From Candidatus Thorarchaeota archaeon (GTDB lineage: Archaea; Asgardarchaeota; Thorarchaeia; Thorarchaeales; Thorarchaeaceae), in the NCBI GenBank assembly GCA_048882045.1, contig JBHLRZ010000004.1, positions 78,373 to 142,372 on the forward strand: a stretch of 64,000 nt of DNA, read 5' to 3'. Shown here piece after piece: positions 9,050 to 17,854 of this stretch (its first letter is position 1; each line of letters opens with the position of its first letter). Under the pieces are notes generated by a model, which was not told where the DNA came from, did no database searches, and was given only the letters and a program-made list of their open reading frames with translations. Both the position numbers and the translations under genes were made by a program.

Positions 9050-9562
9050 ATGGTAACGATTACCAAGCCAATGATAACCTCCTTTTCCAAATTCAAGTCT
9101 GCTTGGGAGAAGGATGCTGGAAAACCTGAAAATACAATCATGTTTTATCTCATAGCCGCACTAAATGTCGAGAAGGATCCTGACCTCGGTGAAGCTATGA
9201 TGACGGTAGTGGTTTCGAAGAGAGATTGCATGGAATCTGGAGATTCGCCTTCTGGATTCAAGCTTCGGCCAAGTGCAAAGTACTTTGTTGGCCAGTTCAA
9301 GAGGAATCCAAACATTGCTCGTTCCTATGTCGGTGGAACCTACAAGAATGGCTACAAGTATGACAAGAATAACTTGACCATGACTATTGTTTCGAAAAAG
9401 GAGCATGGCAAGGGTCTAAAGATCTTCATTGATAGTGGTGGCAAGGACTTGGACACTCCGGTTCAAGTAGCGCAAAACTCAAGCGGACAGTGGAAGATGA
9501 TTGAGTTTTCATCCATCGCTACTGGTGTTCGTAAGACTGTCGAAGAAGAAGGCGATTTCTAG
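9050..9562 (+). CDS. conserved hypothetical protein
   Basis: 170-aa soluble ORF; PNIARSYVGGTYKNGY and SGGKDLDTPV..GQWK look like conserved motifs. Confidence 0.7.
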   Translation: MVTITKPMITSFSKFKSAWEKDAGKPENTIMFYLIAALNVEKDPDLGEAMMTVVVSKRDCMESGDSPSGFKLRPSAKYFVGQFKRNPNIARSYVGGTYKNGYKYDKNNLTMTIVSKKEHGKGLKIFIDSGGKDLDTPVQVAQNSSGQWKMIEFSSIATGVRKTVEEEGDF

Positions 9563-9563
9563 A

Positions 9564-9590
9564 AAGGGGCATATGCCCCTTCTCTCCTAT
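9564..9590. terminator. palindromic hairpin at gene end
   Basis: AAGGGGC-ATAT-GCCCCTT directly after the stop, then a pyrimidine tract. Confidence 0.55.
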
Positions 9591-9685
9591 TATTTTGATA
9601 TTTCATGGGAAGATTATTTCATAATCAACGAAATGGTTTCTACTGACCAGCTGCCTAATTTGAAGTCCGTTTCTTCTTCTATGAT

Positions 9686-10180
9686 TTACTCGTCGTGAAG
9701 TGTGGTTAAGTTCTGAATTACATCAGGACAGACCTTGACATCATCTGATAGAACATTGATGTAGCGGATGATTCCTTTCTTATCAATAATGAAGAGACCT
9801 CTTTTGCCATAACCTTCACCTGGTGAGAAACAATCATAGCCAAGTGTTACATCTCCAACAGGTTCATGGTCCGACAGCAATGGAAAACCTATCCCTCCGA
9901 GGCTCTGAGACCATGCCTTGTTGGTTCTCACAGTGTCCATGCTGATACCCAAGACCTGTGTATCCAGCTCTTTGTATTTCAGTAGGTTCTCTTTGTAGAG
10001 TAGAAGGTAGTTCTTGCACGAATCATTAAGGTCTCCGGGATTCAATGCTAGAAGGATATTGTATTTCCCTCTGTAATCTGAGAGCTTTACCATATTCCCA
10101 TCTTGATCGGGTAACTCAAAGTCAGGAGCTTCTTCCCCAATATTTAGACAAACCTTTTGTTGACGCAATATCATTTCCAT
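9686..10180 (-). CDS. peroxiredoxin-like protein (AhpC/TSA, AhpE/BCP type)
   Basis: GEEAPDFELPDQDG, PGDLNDSC, VLGISMD, FPLLSD, RGLFIIDKKG. Confidence 0.85.
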   Translation of the reverse strand: MEMILRQQKVCLNIGEEAPDFELPDQDGNMVKLSDYRGKYNILLALNPGDLNDSCKNYLLLYKENLLKYKELDTQVLGISMDTVRTNKAWSQSLGGIGFPLLSDHEPVGDVTLGYDCFSPGEGYGKRGLFIIDKKGIIRYINVLSDDVKVCPDVIQNLTTLHDE

Positions 10181-10197
10181 TCACACACATCAAATAG

Positions 10198-10211
10198 TTA
10201 ACAATAGTTAA
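10198..10211. promoter_or_regulatory. palindromic operator candidate TTAAC-AATA-GTTAA (copy 2)
   Basis: Identical to 4657-4670; 17 bp before the peroxiredoxin start. Confidence 0.55.
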
Positions 10212-10342
10212 ATCATTTTGTATTAGTGATTCCTCTTCAGATTTCCATCACTAATCAATACTTACAGCTGGCGACCATGAGCATACTAGGATTGGAAGCA
10301 CATTTCCCAATTCTTATACAGAAACTCTACAGAGATAATTCG

Positions 10343-11032
10343 ATGTGCGGTCGTTTCTCCCTTCTGACATATGCAGAGAAACTAGCGGAGCGTTTCAATG
10401 TTCAGGAGGTCATTGACAGACCTGATCCCATTTACAATATAGCTCCATTGCAGATGGTGGCGACTGTTGTACAGAGGGAGACCCGCCAGTTGGTCCTGAT
10501 GAAGTGGGGTCTCGTTCCATCTTGGGCTGATGACATATCGATAGGAAACCGTCTTATCAATGCCCGTGCTGAGTCCATAGCTACCAAGCCATCATTTCGG
10601 GCGGCCTTCAAAAAGCGGCGCTGTCTGATCATATCAGATGGATTTTATGAATGGCAAAAGGTGGGCAAGGTCAAAAAACCTATCCATGTCCGATTGAAGA
10701 ATCGTGAGCCATTTGCATTCGCGGGACTCTACGAGTATTGGAACAAGACCAAATCAGGAAAATCCCTCCAGACATGCACAATCATTACAACTTCTCCAAA
10801 CAGGCTCATGAAGTCAATACACCACAGGATGCCTGTCATTCTGCGTCCAGAGTTTGAGGACAAGTGGCTCAATCCGGAAGCAAAAGCCGAAGAGCTAGAG
10901 GCAATGCTTCAACCTTACCCTGCTGAGGAGATGGAAGCCTTCGAGATCTCCAAGTATGTGAATAATCCTCGAAATCAAGGGCCTGAGTGTATCCAACCTG
11001 TAGATGAAACAATTCAGACAACCCTCCTCTGA
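10343..11032 (+). CDS. SRAP/HMCES/YedK abasic-site-protecting protein
   Basis: MCGRF N-terminus (catalytic Cys2 fixes the start at 10343), YNIAP, WGLVPSW, INARAE, GFYEW, HHRMPVIL. Confidence 0.95.
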   Translation: MCGRFSLLTYAEKLAERFNVQEVIDRPDPIYNIAPLQMVATVVQRETRQLVLMKWGLVPSWADDISIGNRLINARAESIATKPSFRAAFKKRRCLIISDGFYEWQKVGKVKKPIHVRLKNREPFAFAGLYEYWNKTKSGKSLQTCTIITTSPNRLMKSIHHRMPVILRPEFEDKWLNPEAKAEELEAMLQPYPAEEMEAFEISKYVNNPRNQGPECIQPVDETIQTTLL

Positions 11033-11069
11033 ATTTCGTATTGCGGCCCAATGGGAATGGCGTGTCCTC

Positions 11070-11120
11070 AGGGGAATGTAGGGAATTTGACCTCGTGATA
11101 TTCTCCTCTGTTCTTTTTCC
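11070..11120 (+). terminator. hairpin plus T-tract after SRAP
   Basis: AGGGGAATGT pairs with ATATTCTCCT, then TGTTCTTTTTCC. Confidence 0.5.
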
Positions 11121-11315
11121 AATATTTGATTTTAATCAATGATGTAGAAGTTTCTGGGCTCATTTCACCCTACCAGATGTAAGCATAATACTTATATAAT
11201 GTAATACTATTACAAATTACATGATAACCGTAAGAGTTCGCATGGAACAATGACGGTTCGAGGAGATAGATGGCTGTTGAACCAGCAAACTGATGAAAAA
11301 TGGAGGTGAAGTGTA

Positions 11316-11417
11316 ATGGCACTCGCAAAAGGAAACTGGAAGAAGTTGAACAACGCCAAGAAGGCTTGGTCTACTGAAGCACTGGCTCATGCATGGCTCC
11401 ACAATCACCGTGCGTAA
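11316..11417 (+). CDS. 33-aa basic small protein MALAKGNWKKLNNAKKAWSTEALAHAWLHNHRA (not in ORF track)
   Basis: GGAGGTGA SD just upstream, TTATATAA at about 11192, downstream hairpin 11452-11478. Confidence 0.6.
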   Translation: MALAKGNWKKLNNAKKAWSTEALAHAWLHNHRA

Positions 11418-11451
11418 AGATCTAGGCATCAGCCAAGTGATCAATCATAAT

Positions 11452-11491
11452 GGGAGTGTCCGTATCATGCGGACTCCCTCCTCTCATTTTC
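11452..11491 (+). terminator. hairpin plus pyrimidine tract after the 33-aa ORF
   Basis: GGGA-GT-GTCCGTA-TCA-TGCGGAC-TCCC then TCCTCTCATTTTC. Confidence 0.5.
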
Positions 11492-11537
11492 GTACCTGTT
11501 ATATATCACCGCACATATCCTTGACTGAGGGTATATT

Positions 11538-11813
11538 ATGGCTGAAATTGATGCGCCACCAAGCAGTCGACCGCCGCCTCGGAGTTCTAGTACAAGTGAT
11601 ATGAGTGGTGGGGGACTCGCAAAAGCTGCAGGAGGATGTTGTGTGACCTTCTGTTTGTGTGTCTTTGCTATCTCATTCCTATTAGTAGGAATGACAGCAT
11701 TCTACTATCCATCAATCGGATTCATGTTCACTGGAATTGGTCTACTTCTCCTGTGTGCAGGATTGGCAGCAGCACGATGGGAGTGGGGTGTTCTCAAGGG
11801 CTCAAGCGGATAG
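11538..11813 (+). CDS. small 2-TM protein with Pro/Ser-rich N-terminus and Cys cluster (paralog 1)
   Basis: MAEIDAPP..GL.KAAGGCCVTFCLC; paralogous to 11878-12135. Confidence 0.75.
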   Translation: MAEIDAPPSSRPPPRSSSTSDMSGGGLAKAAGGCCVTFCLCVFAISFLLVGMTAFYYPSIGFMFTGIGLLLLCAGLAAARWEWGVLKGSSG

Positions 11814-11877
11814 TTATCTTGGGTATTTCAGCTGTCATTATATTCTTCCACTGCTCTCTGCTTCTGAGGGGATATTC

Positions 11878-12135
11878 ATGGCTGAGATTGAAGCTCCTTC
11901 CGGACATCAACCTCCAGAAAACCGCTCTGGTGGGAGTAGTGACCTGAGTACAAAAGGACTCGTGAAAGCAGCCTGTTTTTGTTGCTTCGTGTATTATGGA
12001 ATAGGTCTTATCATCGTTAGTCAATGGATGGAATTTTCCATTTGGTCTGGACCCCTATTATTGATTGGAATTTTGTGTTGTGTTGCAGGCCCTTTACTAG
12101 CCATAAACGAATGGAAAGTATTCAAGAGATCTTAG
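11878..12135 (+). CDS. small 2-TM protein with Pro/Ser-rich N-terminus and Cys cluster (paralog 2)
   Basis: MAEIEAPS..GL.KAACFCCF..EWKVFKRS; same CTGAGGG-ATATT-ATGGCTGA start context as paralog 1, which fixes the start at 11878. Confidence 0.75.
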   Translation: MAEIEAPSGHQPPENRSGGSSDLSTKGLVKAACFCCFVYYGIGLIIVSQWMEFSIWSGPLLLIGILCCVAGPLLAINEWKVFKRS

Positions 12136-12180
12136 GATTTTTCTCGGGGATTTTATACTCTTTACCCTGTACAGAAGGGC

Positions 12181-12513
12181 ATGGAGGCTCAAGTCACCGA
12201 ACATACTTCGGGCTACATTATCTATGACGCCCGAAGACTTCCTGAGGCTGATACAGTCTATGAGGCAGCGACCAAGATAGCAGATGAGATCATGGAGGGC
12301 ATCGAGCGGCTGACTTTTTCGAACACCATTGAAACTGCCACACTCTTCATAACAGGATCTGGTGCTCAACTCATACTCTTTGCACGGTCATTTGATGAGA
12401 ACCTCATAGCTCCAGCATTTCGGACTACTCTAAGGAGTGTTTCATATGATTCAGACACTGGTTACATCCAACGATATGTGATTCCAATCCTCGATGTTGA
12501 ATCCACATCGTAA
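12181..12513 (+). CDS. hypothetical protein
   Basis: 110-aa soluble ORF with no recognised motif. Confidence 0.65.
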   Translation: MEAQVTEHTSGYIIYDARRLPEADTVYEAATKIADEIMEGIERLTFSNTIETATLFITGSGAQLILFARSFDENLIAPAFRTTLRSVSYDSDTGYIQRYVIPILDVESTS

Positions 12514-12583
12514 TCTACGTACATCAGTAAATATATCTAACAACTGATGGTCGCTTGAATATTCGACGGTGTTGGTGTTTGAA

Positions 12584-13633
12584 ATGGAGATTGAGCTAAG
12601 ACCATTTGATCCTTTCAAAGCAACCAAAGAAGAATGGAAGGCATTCCATGAGTACCGGTACAAGAGATACCCAGAAGCACATCCGGATGATCCAATCACA
12701 GCAGATGATGTTGTTGAAAAGAACCTTCGGTTCTTGAGAGAAGAGGAATATATTGAGACACACAGTGTTCATCAAAAGGGTGTTTCAGACGAGTGGATTG
12801 GTCTTGTACGCGTGAGTGTTATGAAAGAGTCCTCGCCATCATATGAGGAAAACAAGCATTTTTGCTATGTATACAATCTAGCTCTTCTGACTCCGTATCG
12901 AGGGAAAGGAATTAGCAAACAGCTTCTGGTTGTAGTTCTTGAGTTTGCTGAGAGATACAAGAAAAGAATGATCATTGGCGAAACTTCTGAGGATGACGGT
13001 AAGAAATTCATCAAGAAACTGAAAGCCGAGGAGGCTCTTTCTGGTTTAGAGAGTCGTTTAGACCTGACAAAACTGGATTGGGACATGGTGAATGAATGGG
13101 CAAGAGAGGGGCCAGTTAGGTCTCCTGAATCCAAACTGGAGTTCTTCCAGGATTGTCCAGATGATATCTTAGAAAAGTATTGCGAGATATATACCGAGGT
13201 TGATAACCAAGCTCCAAGACAGAATCTGGATGTTGGTGACTACATAATCACACCTGAGCTTCGTCGAAAATATGAGAAGTATCACAAGGATGTTGATGCC
13301 ACGTGGTTGACCGCCATTACTCGAGAGTCCAATGGTGATATCTCTGGCATGACAGAGGTCCTATATCGTCCTTCCAAGGACCCACTCATCTCTCAACACC
13401 TCACTGGCGTTTCAGACAAGTATCGTAGTACAGGGAAAGGTAAATGGCTCAAGGCTGTCATGCTTCAAGAAGTCTGTAGGCGCTTTCCATCTGTCACGAC
13501 AGTCGTCACCGGAAATGCTACTACCAATGCTGCTATGCTCTCAATCAACAAAAGGTTGGGCTTTAAGGCTCACAGAGAGTCGATTATGGCTCAGATGAAG
13601 ACAGAAGATCTTGAGAAGTATCTTGCTAGGTAA
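12584..13633 (+). CDS. tandem GNAT-family N-acetyltransferase
   Basis: Two acetyl-CoA motifs (YRGKGIS and TGV..KYRSTGKG) and NATTNAAMLSINKRLGF. Confidence 0.88.
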   Translation: MEIELRPFDPFKATKEEWKAFHEYRYKRYPEAHPDDPITADDVVEKNLRFLREEEYIETHSVHQKGVSDEWIGLVRVSVMKESSPSYEENKHFCYVYNLALLTPYRGKGISKQLLVVVLEFAERYKKRMIIGETSEDDGKKFIKKLKAEEALSGLESRLDLTKLDWDMVNEWAREGPVRSPESKLEFFQDCPDDILEKYCEIYTEVDNQAPRQNLDVGDYIITPELRRKYEKYHKDVDATWLTAITRESNGDISGMTEVLYRPSKDPLISQHLTGVSDKYRSTGKGKWLKAVMLQEVCRRFPSVTTVVTGNATTNAAMLSINKRLGFKAHRESIMAQMKTEDLEKYLAR

Positions 13634-13731
13634 TTTCGCCAAGTCACTTGACAAGACCCTCATCGCAAATTTGACAATCTTTAAACAGCTTCAATCGAAA
13701 TCACAAGAGGAATCATTATCGTATTCAATAG

Positions 13732-15429
13732 GTGGTGGGCTTCTTGAGGAGAGCATTGGCAATAATACTCTCACTGGTCATTTGTAACCTGTTTGTCCCA
13801 CTTGTTGCTCTATCGACTCAACCAACAACAGAACTATCACCATCGACTTCAGTTCTTTCTGAAGAGTTGACATTTTCTACATACTTTGGTGGCAGTGAAG
13901 ATGATACTATCCATTGTGTTGTTGCTGATGACTACGGGAACATCTACATTGCAGGTGCCACTTCGTCGAATGACATCCCTTCAGGTGGTGCCCTAAAGAG
14001 ACCGTACGCGGGGAATGGTGACTACTATGTGACAAAGGTGAATGCAACTGGCCACATAGTCTACACAACGTATATTGGCGGGGCGATGTGGGAAGGATAC
14101 GCAAGTCTACATCCCAGCGGAGGTTGTTGGATAGATGTTGATGATATTGGTCGAGTCTACATGACTGGTTATACAGTGAGTGAAGATTTTCCAGTTGTGA
14201 ATGCTTGGGATGACACTTATAGCGGTACTACTGATGCCTTTGCACTAAGACTCAGCGCTACTGGTATAATTCAGTACTCAACATACCTTGGTGGCAATGG
14301 TCAGGATGTTGGAACATCCATTTCTGTTGATGACTTTGGAAATGCGTATGTGACTGGAACCACAGAGTCTACTGACTTTCCAGTTCTGAATGCTTTTGAT
14401 GACCATCAAAGTGGGGATCGAGATGTGTTCATTTCGAAACTAGATTCAACAGGTCAGCTGAGCTATTCTACATACATTGGTGGCGGACTTTCTGAGAGCT
14501 CACGAACTGGCGGTTCAACTGTCGATGGGAGTGGTAATGCATACATTGTTGGGAACACTAACTCGTTAGATTTTCCCACAGTGAATGCATATGACGATTC
14601 TTGTGAAGGTATTTCTGGCGACCTCTTCTTTTGTAAGATCAATACAACTGGTCACCTATTAGCGAGTTCATTTTTCGGTGGATCGGCAACTGATGACCAT
14701 GGAAACATTGCTGTTGATAGTGCTGGAAACATCTACATCTCGGGTCATGGGTCAGGGAATTTTCCAAAGACTCATACCCTCACAACAAATCACAACATGT
14801 TTGTGGCTAAGTTTGATAGTAGTGGCGAGAATCTGATTTACTCTGCAGCCTTTGGCGGTTACAACGCTGACAATCCATATGGTCTGGAAGCCGATGATGA
14901 TGGTTGTGTGTTTCTTACTGGATCTACATACTCGTCGGACTTTCCTATGGAAAATGCCTATGATGATTTGAAAGGAGGATATATGGACAGTTTTCTGGTG
15001 AAACTGTCGAGTGGCGGTGACCACATTCTCTTTTCTTCGTACTTTGGTGGGAATTCTGTGGAGTATGGGCTATCACTCACGAAAACCAATTCCAGCTATG
15101 TCTATCTCGCTGGGATTACGAACTCAACAGATTTTCCATTGGCATCACCAATTGATTCGACATCACAGAATGTTGAAGGTTTTCTACTCAGAATTGAGGA
15201 TGTATGGTCAGATATTCCACCTACATCTACAACCTCTACGACTACAACTTCGACCACTACCACCATTACAACAACCTCGCCTTCTACTACGACGACTCCA
15301 ATTTCAATCTCCACCTCAGGTGTAGGATTATCTACAGTGGTAATTGACGGTCTTTTGATCGCAGGAATTGGGGTTGAGGTAGCAATCATAGTCGTATTTC
15401 TTTCACGTCGTCAACGCGACAGACATTGA
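13732..15429 (+). CDS. SBBP beta-propeller repeat surface protein with Thr-rich linker and C-terminal TM anchor
   Basis: Repeated YSTYxGG..D..G..YxxGxTxSxDFP units, signal peptide, poly-Thr linker, TM plus RRQR. Confidence 0.9.
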   Translation: MVGFLRRALAIILSLVICNLFVPLVALSTQPTTELSPSTSVLSEELTFSTYFGGSEDDTIHCVVADDYGNIYIAGATSSNDIPSGGALKRPYAGNGDYYVTKVNATGHIVYTTYIGGAMWEGYASLHPSGGCWIDVDDIGRVYMTGYTVSEDFPVVNAWDDTYSGTTDAFALRLSATGIIQYSTYLGGNGQDVGTSISVDDFGNAYVTGTTESTDFPVLNAFDDHQSGDRDVFISKLDSTGQLSYSTYIGGGLSESSRTGGSTVDGSGNAYIVGNTNSLDFPTVNAYDDSCEGISGDLFFCKINTTGHLLASSFFGGSATDDHGNIAVDSAGNIYISGHGSGNFPKTHTLTTNHNMFVAKFDSSGENLIYSAAFGGYNADNPYGLEADDDGCVFLTGSTYSSDFPMENAYDDLKGGYMDSFLVKLSSGGDHILFSSYFGGNSVEYGLSLTKTNSSYVYLAGITNSTDFPLASPIDSTSQNVEGFLLRIEDVWSDIPPTSTTSTTTTSTTTTITTTSPSTTTTPISISTSGVGLSTVVIDGLLIAGIGVEVAIIVVFLSRRQRDRH

Positions 15430-15569
15430 ATTCAAATAATTGCTTCATGAACTGAACTTTTCATTCTCTTCTCATTTGTTGGCTTCATAAGACACTACCA
15501 TAGCCGATGAATGAAGAGGAGGTTTCATATGTGTGCTATAGTCTCAATTAGCTCAGGATGTCCATCATC

Positions 15570-16697
15570 ATGAATCTCGAAATCTTTGAGCTTGAACGGA
15601 TGCAGTCCGAGTTTGAACATGTTGTGAAGTACAACCTCTCTGAGAGTGGCGTTGAACCTCTTCGGATAAAGGACCTCCTCCACTCCGATGAACTGATGGT
15701 GAAGTTTCTGAATCTCCAACTTGTGTATTCACAGACGAATGGAACAATCCCTCTTCGGGAGGCAATCGCTGGAGATTACGACGGGATTGGTGCCAACCAC
15801 ATCCTCGCTACTAATGGTGGGGCTGAAGCCAACTTTGTGGTGTCTTGGTGGTTGACACATGAGAATCCTGAATCAAGCGAGTTCGTATTCATGGTCCCCA
15901 ACTACATGCAGATCGGTGGAATCTGGAAGAACCTCGGAAGGAGGGTTAGACAATTCCCCCTGCGGATGAGGGATGGAGAGTGGGTCCCTGACATTGAGGA
16001 ACTGAAGTCTGTTGTTTCAAAGAAGACTGCTGCCATAGCGATCTGTAATCCAAACAATCCAACTGGAGCGATTGTGAACGAAAAGAATCTGAAAGCAATC
16101 GTTGACGTAGCTTCTGACAACGGTTCATGGGTTGTTTCAGACGAGATTTATCGGGGTGCAGAGATACATGATGAACGTACTCCTTCCATACAGGGTCGCT
16201 ATGAGAGGGTCCTAGTCACCTCCAGTCTCTCGAAGGCATACGGACTCCCCGGCTTACGCCTAGGGTGGGTGGTCTGTCCAACGGAGGACATTGCACACCA
16301 GCTATGGACCTACTCTGACTACACATCCATCTGTCCATCCACTCCCAGTAATTGGCTGGCAACCTTAGCTCTTGATCCAAAGTTCAGGAGTGGTATCGAG
16401 GACAGAGCTCGGAAGATAATCAGAGAGAACTGGGAGATTGTTAGAGAATGGCTGGACACACATGGGTCCCTCTTTGAGTATGTGCCGCCCAAGGCTGCAG
16501 CAATCTGCTTCATCAAACAGAACACGGGCTTAAGTTCGTTGGAGCTCGTCCACCGTCTCATGAAGGAGAAGAGCGTCCTCATTTCTCCTGGAGAACACTT
16601 CGATATGCCTGGGCATCTCCGAATAGGTTTTGGTAGTGAGCCAGAGTACCTAAGACATAGTCTCAGCTTGATCAGTGAACTATTGAATGAACTGTAG
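15570..16697 (+). CDS. PLP-dependent aminotransferase class I/II
   Basis: CNPNNPTG, DEIY, SLSKAYGLPGLRLGW. Confidence 0.93.
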   Translation: MNLEIFELERMQSEFEHVVKYNLSESGVEPLRIKDLLHSDELMVKFLNLQLVYSQTNGTIPLREAIAGDYDGIGANHILATNGGAEANFVVSWWLTHENPESSEFVFMVPNYMQIGGIWKNLGRRVRQFPLRMRDGEWVPDIEELKSVVSKKTAAIAICNPNNPTGAIVNEKNLKAIVDVASDNGSWVVSDEIYRGAEIHDERTPSIQGRYERVLVTSSLSKAYGLPGLRLGWVVCPTEDIAHQLWTYSDYTSICPSTPSNWLATLALDPKFRSGIEDRARKIIRENWEIVREWLDTHGSLFEYVPPKAAAICFIKQNTGLSSLELVHRLMKEKSVLISPGEHFDMPGHLRIGFGSEPEYLRHSLSLISELLNEL

Positions 16698-16701
16698 TGT
16701 T

Positions 16702-17382
16702 CTATTGATTGGGTCGAGGAATCTCAAAGGGAACATTACATCCCTGACAGACAACTACTTTCTCTGCACTCTCAGCCCGTATCTTGACAAGCATGTCGAC
16801 TCCACACTGAGGACATGTGCCAACTATGCCCTCTTCAGTAGCAACCGACTTCGTTGCTTCAGCGAAATTCGAAAAGCCGTATGCTAACCATCTCCCAACG
16901 TATCCATCGATGATAGAATAGATTACGATCCTTGGAACCGCCACAATCAGAAAGGTCACGAGGTCTAGATTCGGGAATAGCCAATCAATGGCCATGTTTG
17001 GAAGACCAAATATCACCAGAAGAATGATGAGTACTGTCCCATGTCCTGTATAACTCTTGAATCCTCCAGGGGGTGTTGCATTCCAAAAAGACCTAGATAA
17101 AACAGCATTGATTAGACCAGCTACAAAGAAGACCAATACGAGGAGCACAACAAAGAACAATACCAACACGACATACCCGACCAGCTCCCCTGCAGCTACT
17201 GCTATGGCACCTACAATAATCGTTTCAATTAATACGATAACTGCAAACATCAGAGTTGCAAGGGTTCCAATGATCGCATAGAAGAGTCCATGCATGAAAT
17301 ACTTCGGTAAATCTTGGATGAACGTTCGTTCCTTCTGTGCCAAGTCCTTCTGACCTCCTCGGTCCCTTGACTTGGCAGGCAT
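16702..17382 (-). CDS. multi-TM protein with C-terminal zinc ribbon
   Basis: About 4 TM helices, then CPQC...CQGC. Confidence 0.75.
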   Translation of the reverse strand: MPAKSRDRGGQKDLAQKERTFIQDLPKYFMHGLFYAIIGTLATLMFAVIVLIETIIVGAIAVAAGELVGYVVLVLFFVVLLVLVFFVAGLINAVLSRSFWNATPPGGFKSYTGHGTVLIILLVIFGLPNMAIDWLFPNLDLVTFLIVAVPRIVIYSIIDGYVGRWLAYGFSNFAEATKSVATEEGIVGTCPQCGVDMLVKIRAESAEKVVVCQGCNVPFEIPRPNQ

Positions 17383-17688
17383 CTCCTCAAGATAAATCTT
17401 GGTGAAGAATCACTACAAATGCTTCATGAAATATAGCTTCTGCAAAAGGTTTGAATTTTGCTTTTTCATTGCAAAAACAGCACCTATTATTGATTAAAAA
17501 TGATTAATATTGGTTATTTTTCGATTTTAAGCATAATTTCGATTTTTTTGGAAAGACAAAGCACGTATATCCCTCCAATACACTTTCGGAAATATGATAC
17601 GCTTAATCCATACTCAGGCTAACTGCTTTGAACCTTTTAGACAATCATACTCTTGCAGTCAGATTTGATTGTGGGATGTAAGAAGAAA

Positions 17689-17814
17689 ATGTCGACAGAG
17701 GTGAAGAAGTCCAGAACCAAGAAGACTCCCATGAGGGAGGATCAGCTCGATGAAGAGGATCGAGAGATCATACGCCTCTTGGAACTGGCGAGAATCTACT
17801 ATGATGGTCCGTGA
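17689..17814 (+). CDS. 41-aa small protein MSTEVKKSRTKKTPMREDQLDEEDREIIRLLELARIYYDGP (not in ORF track)
   Basis: Coding-like purine-rich ORF directly upstream of and co-oriented with the TPR gene. Confidence 0.5.
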   Translation: MSTEVKKSRTKKTPMREDQLDEEDREIIRLLELARIYYDGP

Positions 17815-17854
17815 ACCAAATCATAGAGTGTGAGAATATGGACGTGGAAATAAC

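Noticed and set aside
11221-11300. CTGATGA and ATGATAA suggesting a hammerhead ribozyme or C/D box sRNA
   Set aside because: No stem II plus GAAA core, and guide spacing and D'/C' boxes do not fit; a downstream SD plus ORF explains the unit better.
15226-15300. ACN-rich low-complexity repeats (also about 42657-42730)
   Set aside because: They encode Thr-rich linkers of surface proteins; not CRISPR or independent DNA repeats.
17440-17560. AT-rich tract as a replication origin
   Set aside because: No ORB-like repeats and no adjacent cdc6/orc1; more simply a divergent promoter region.
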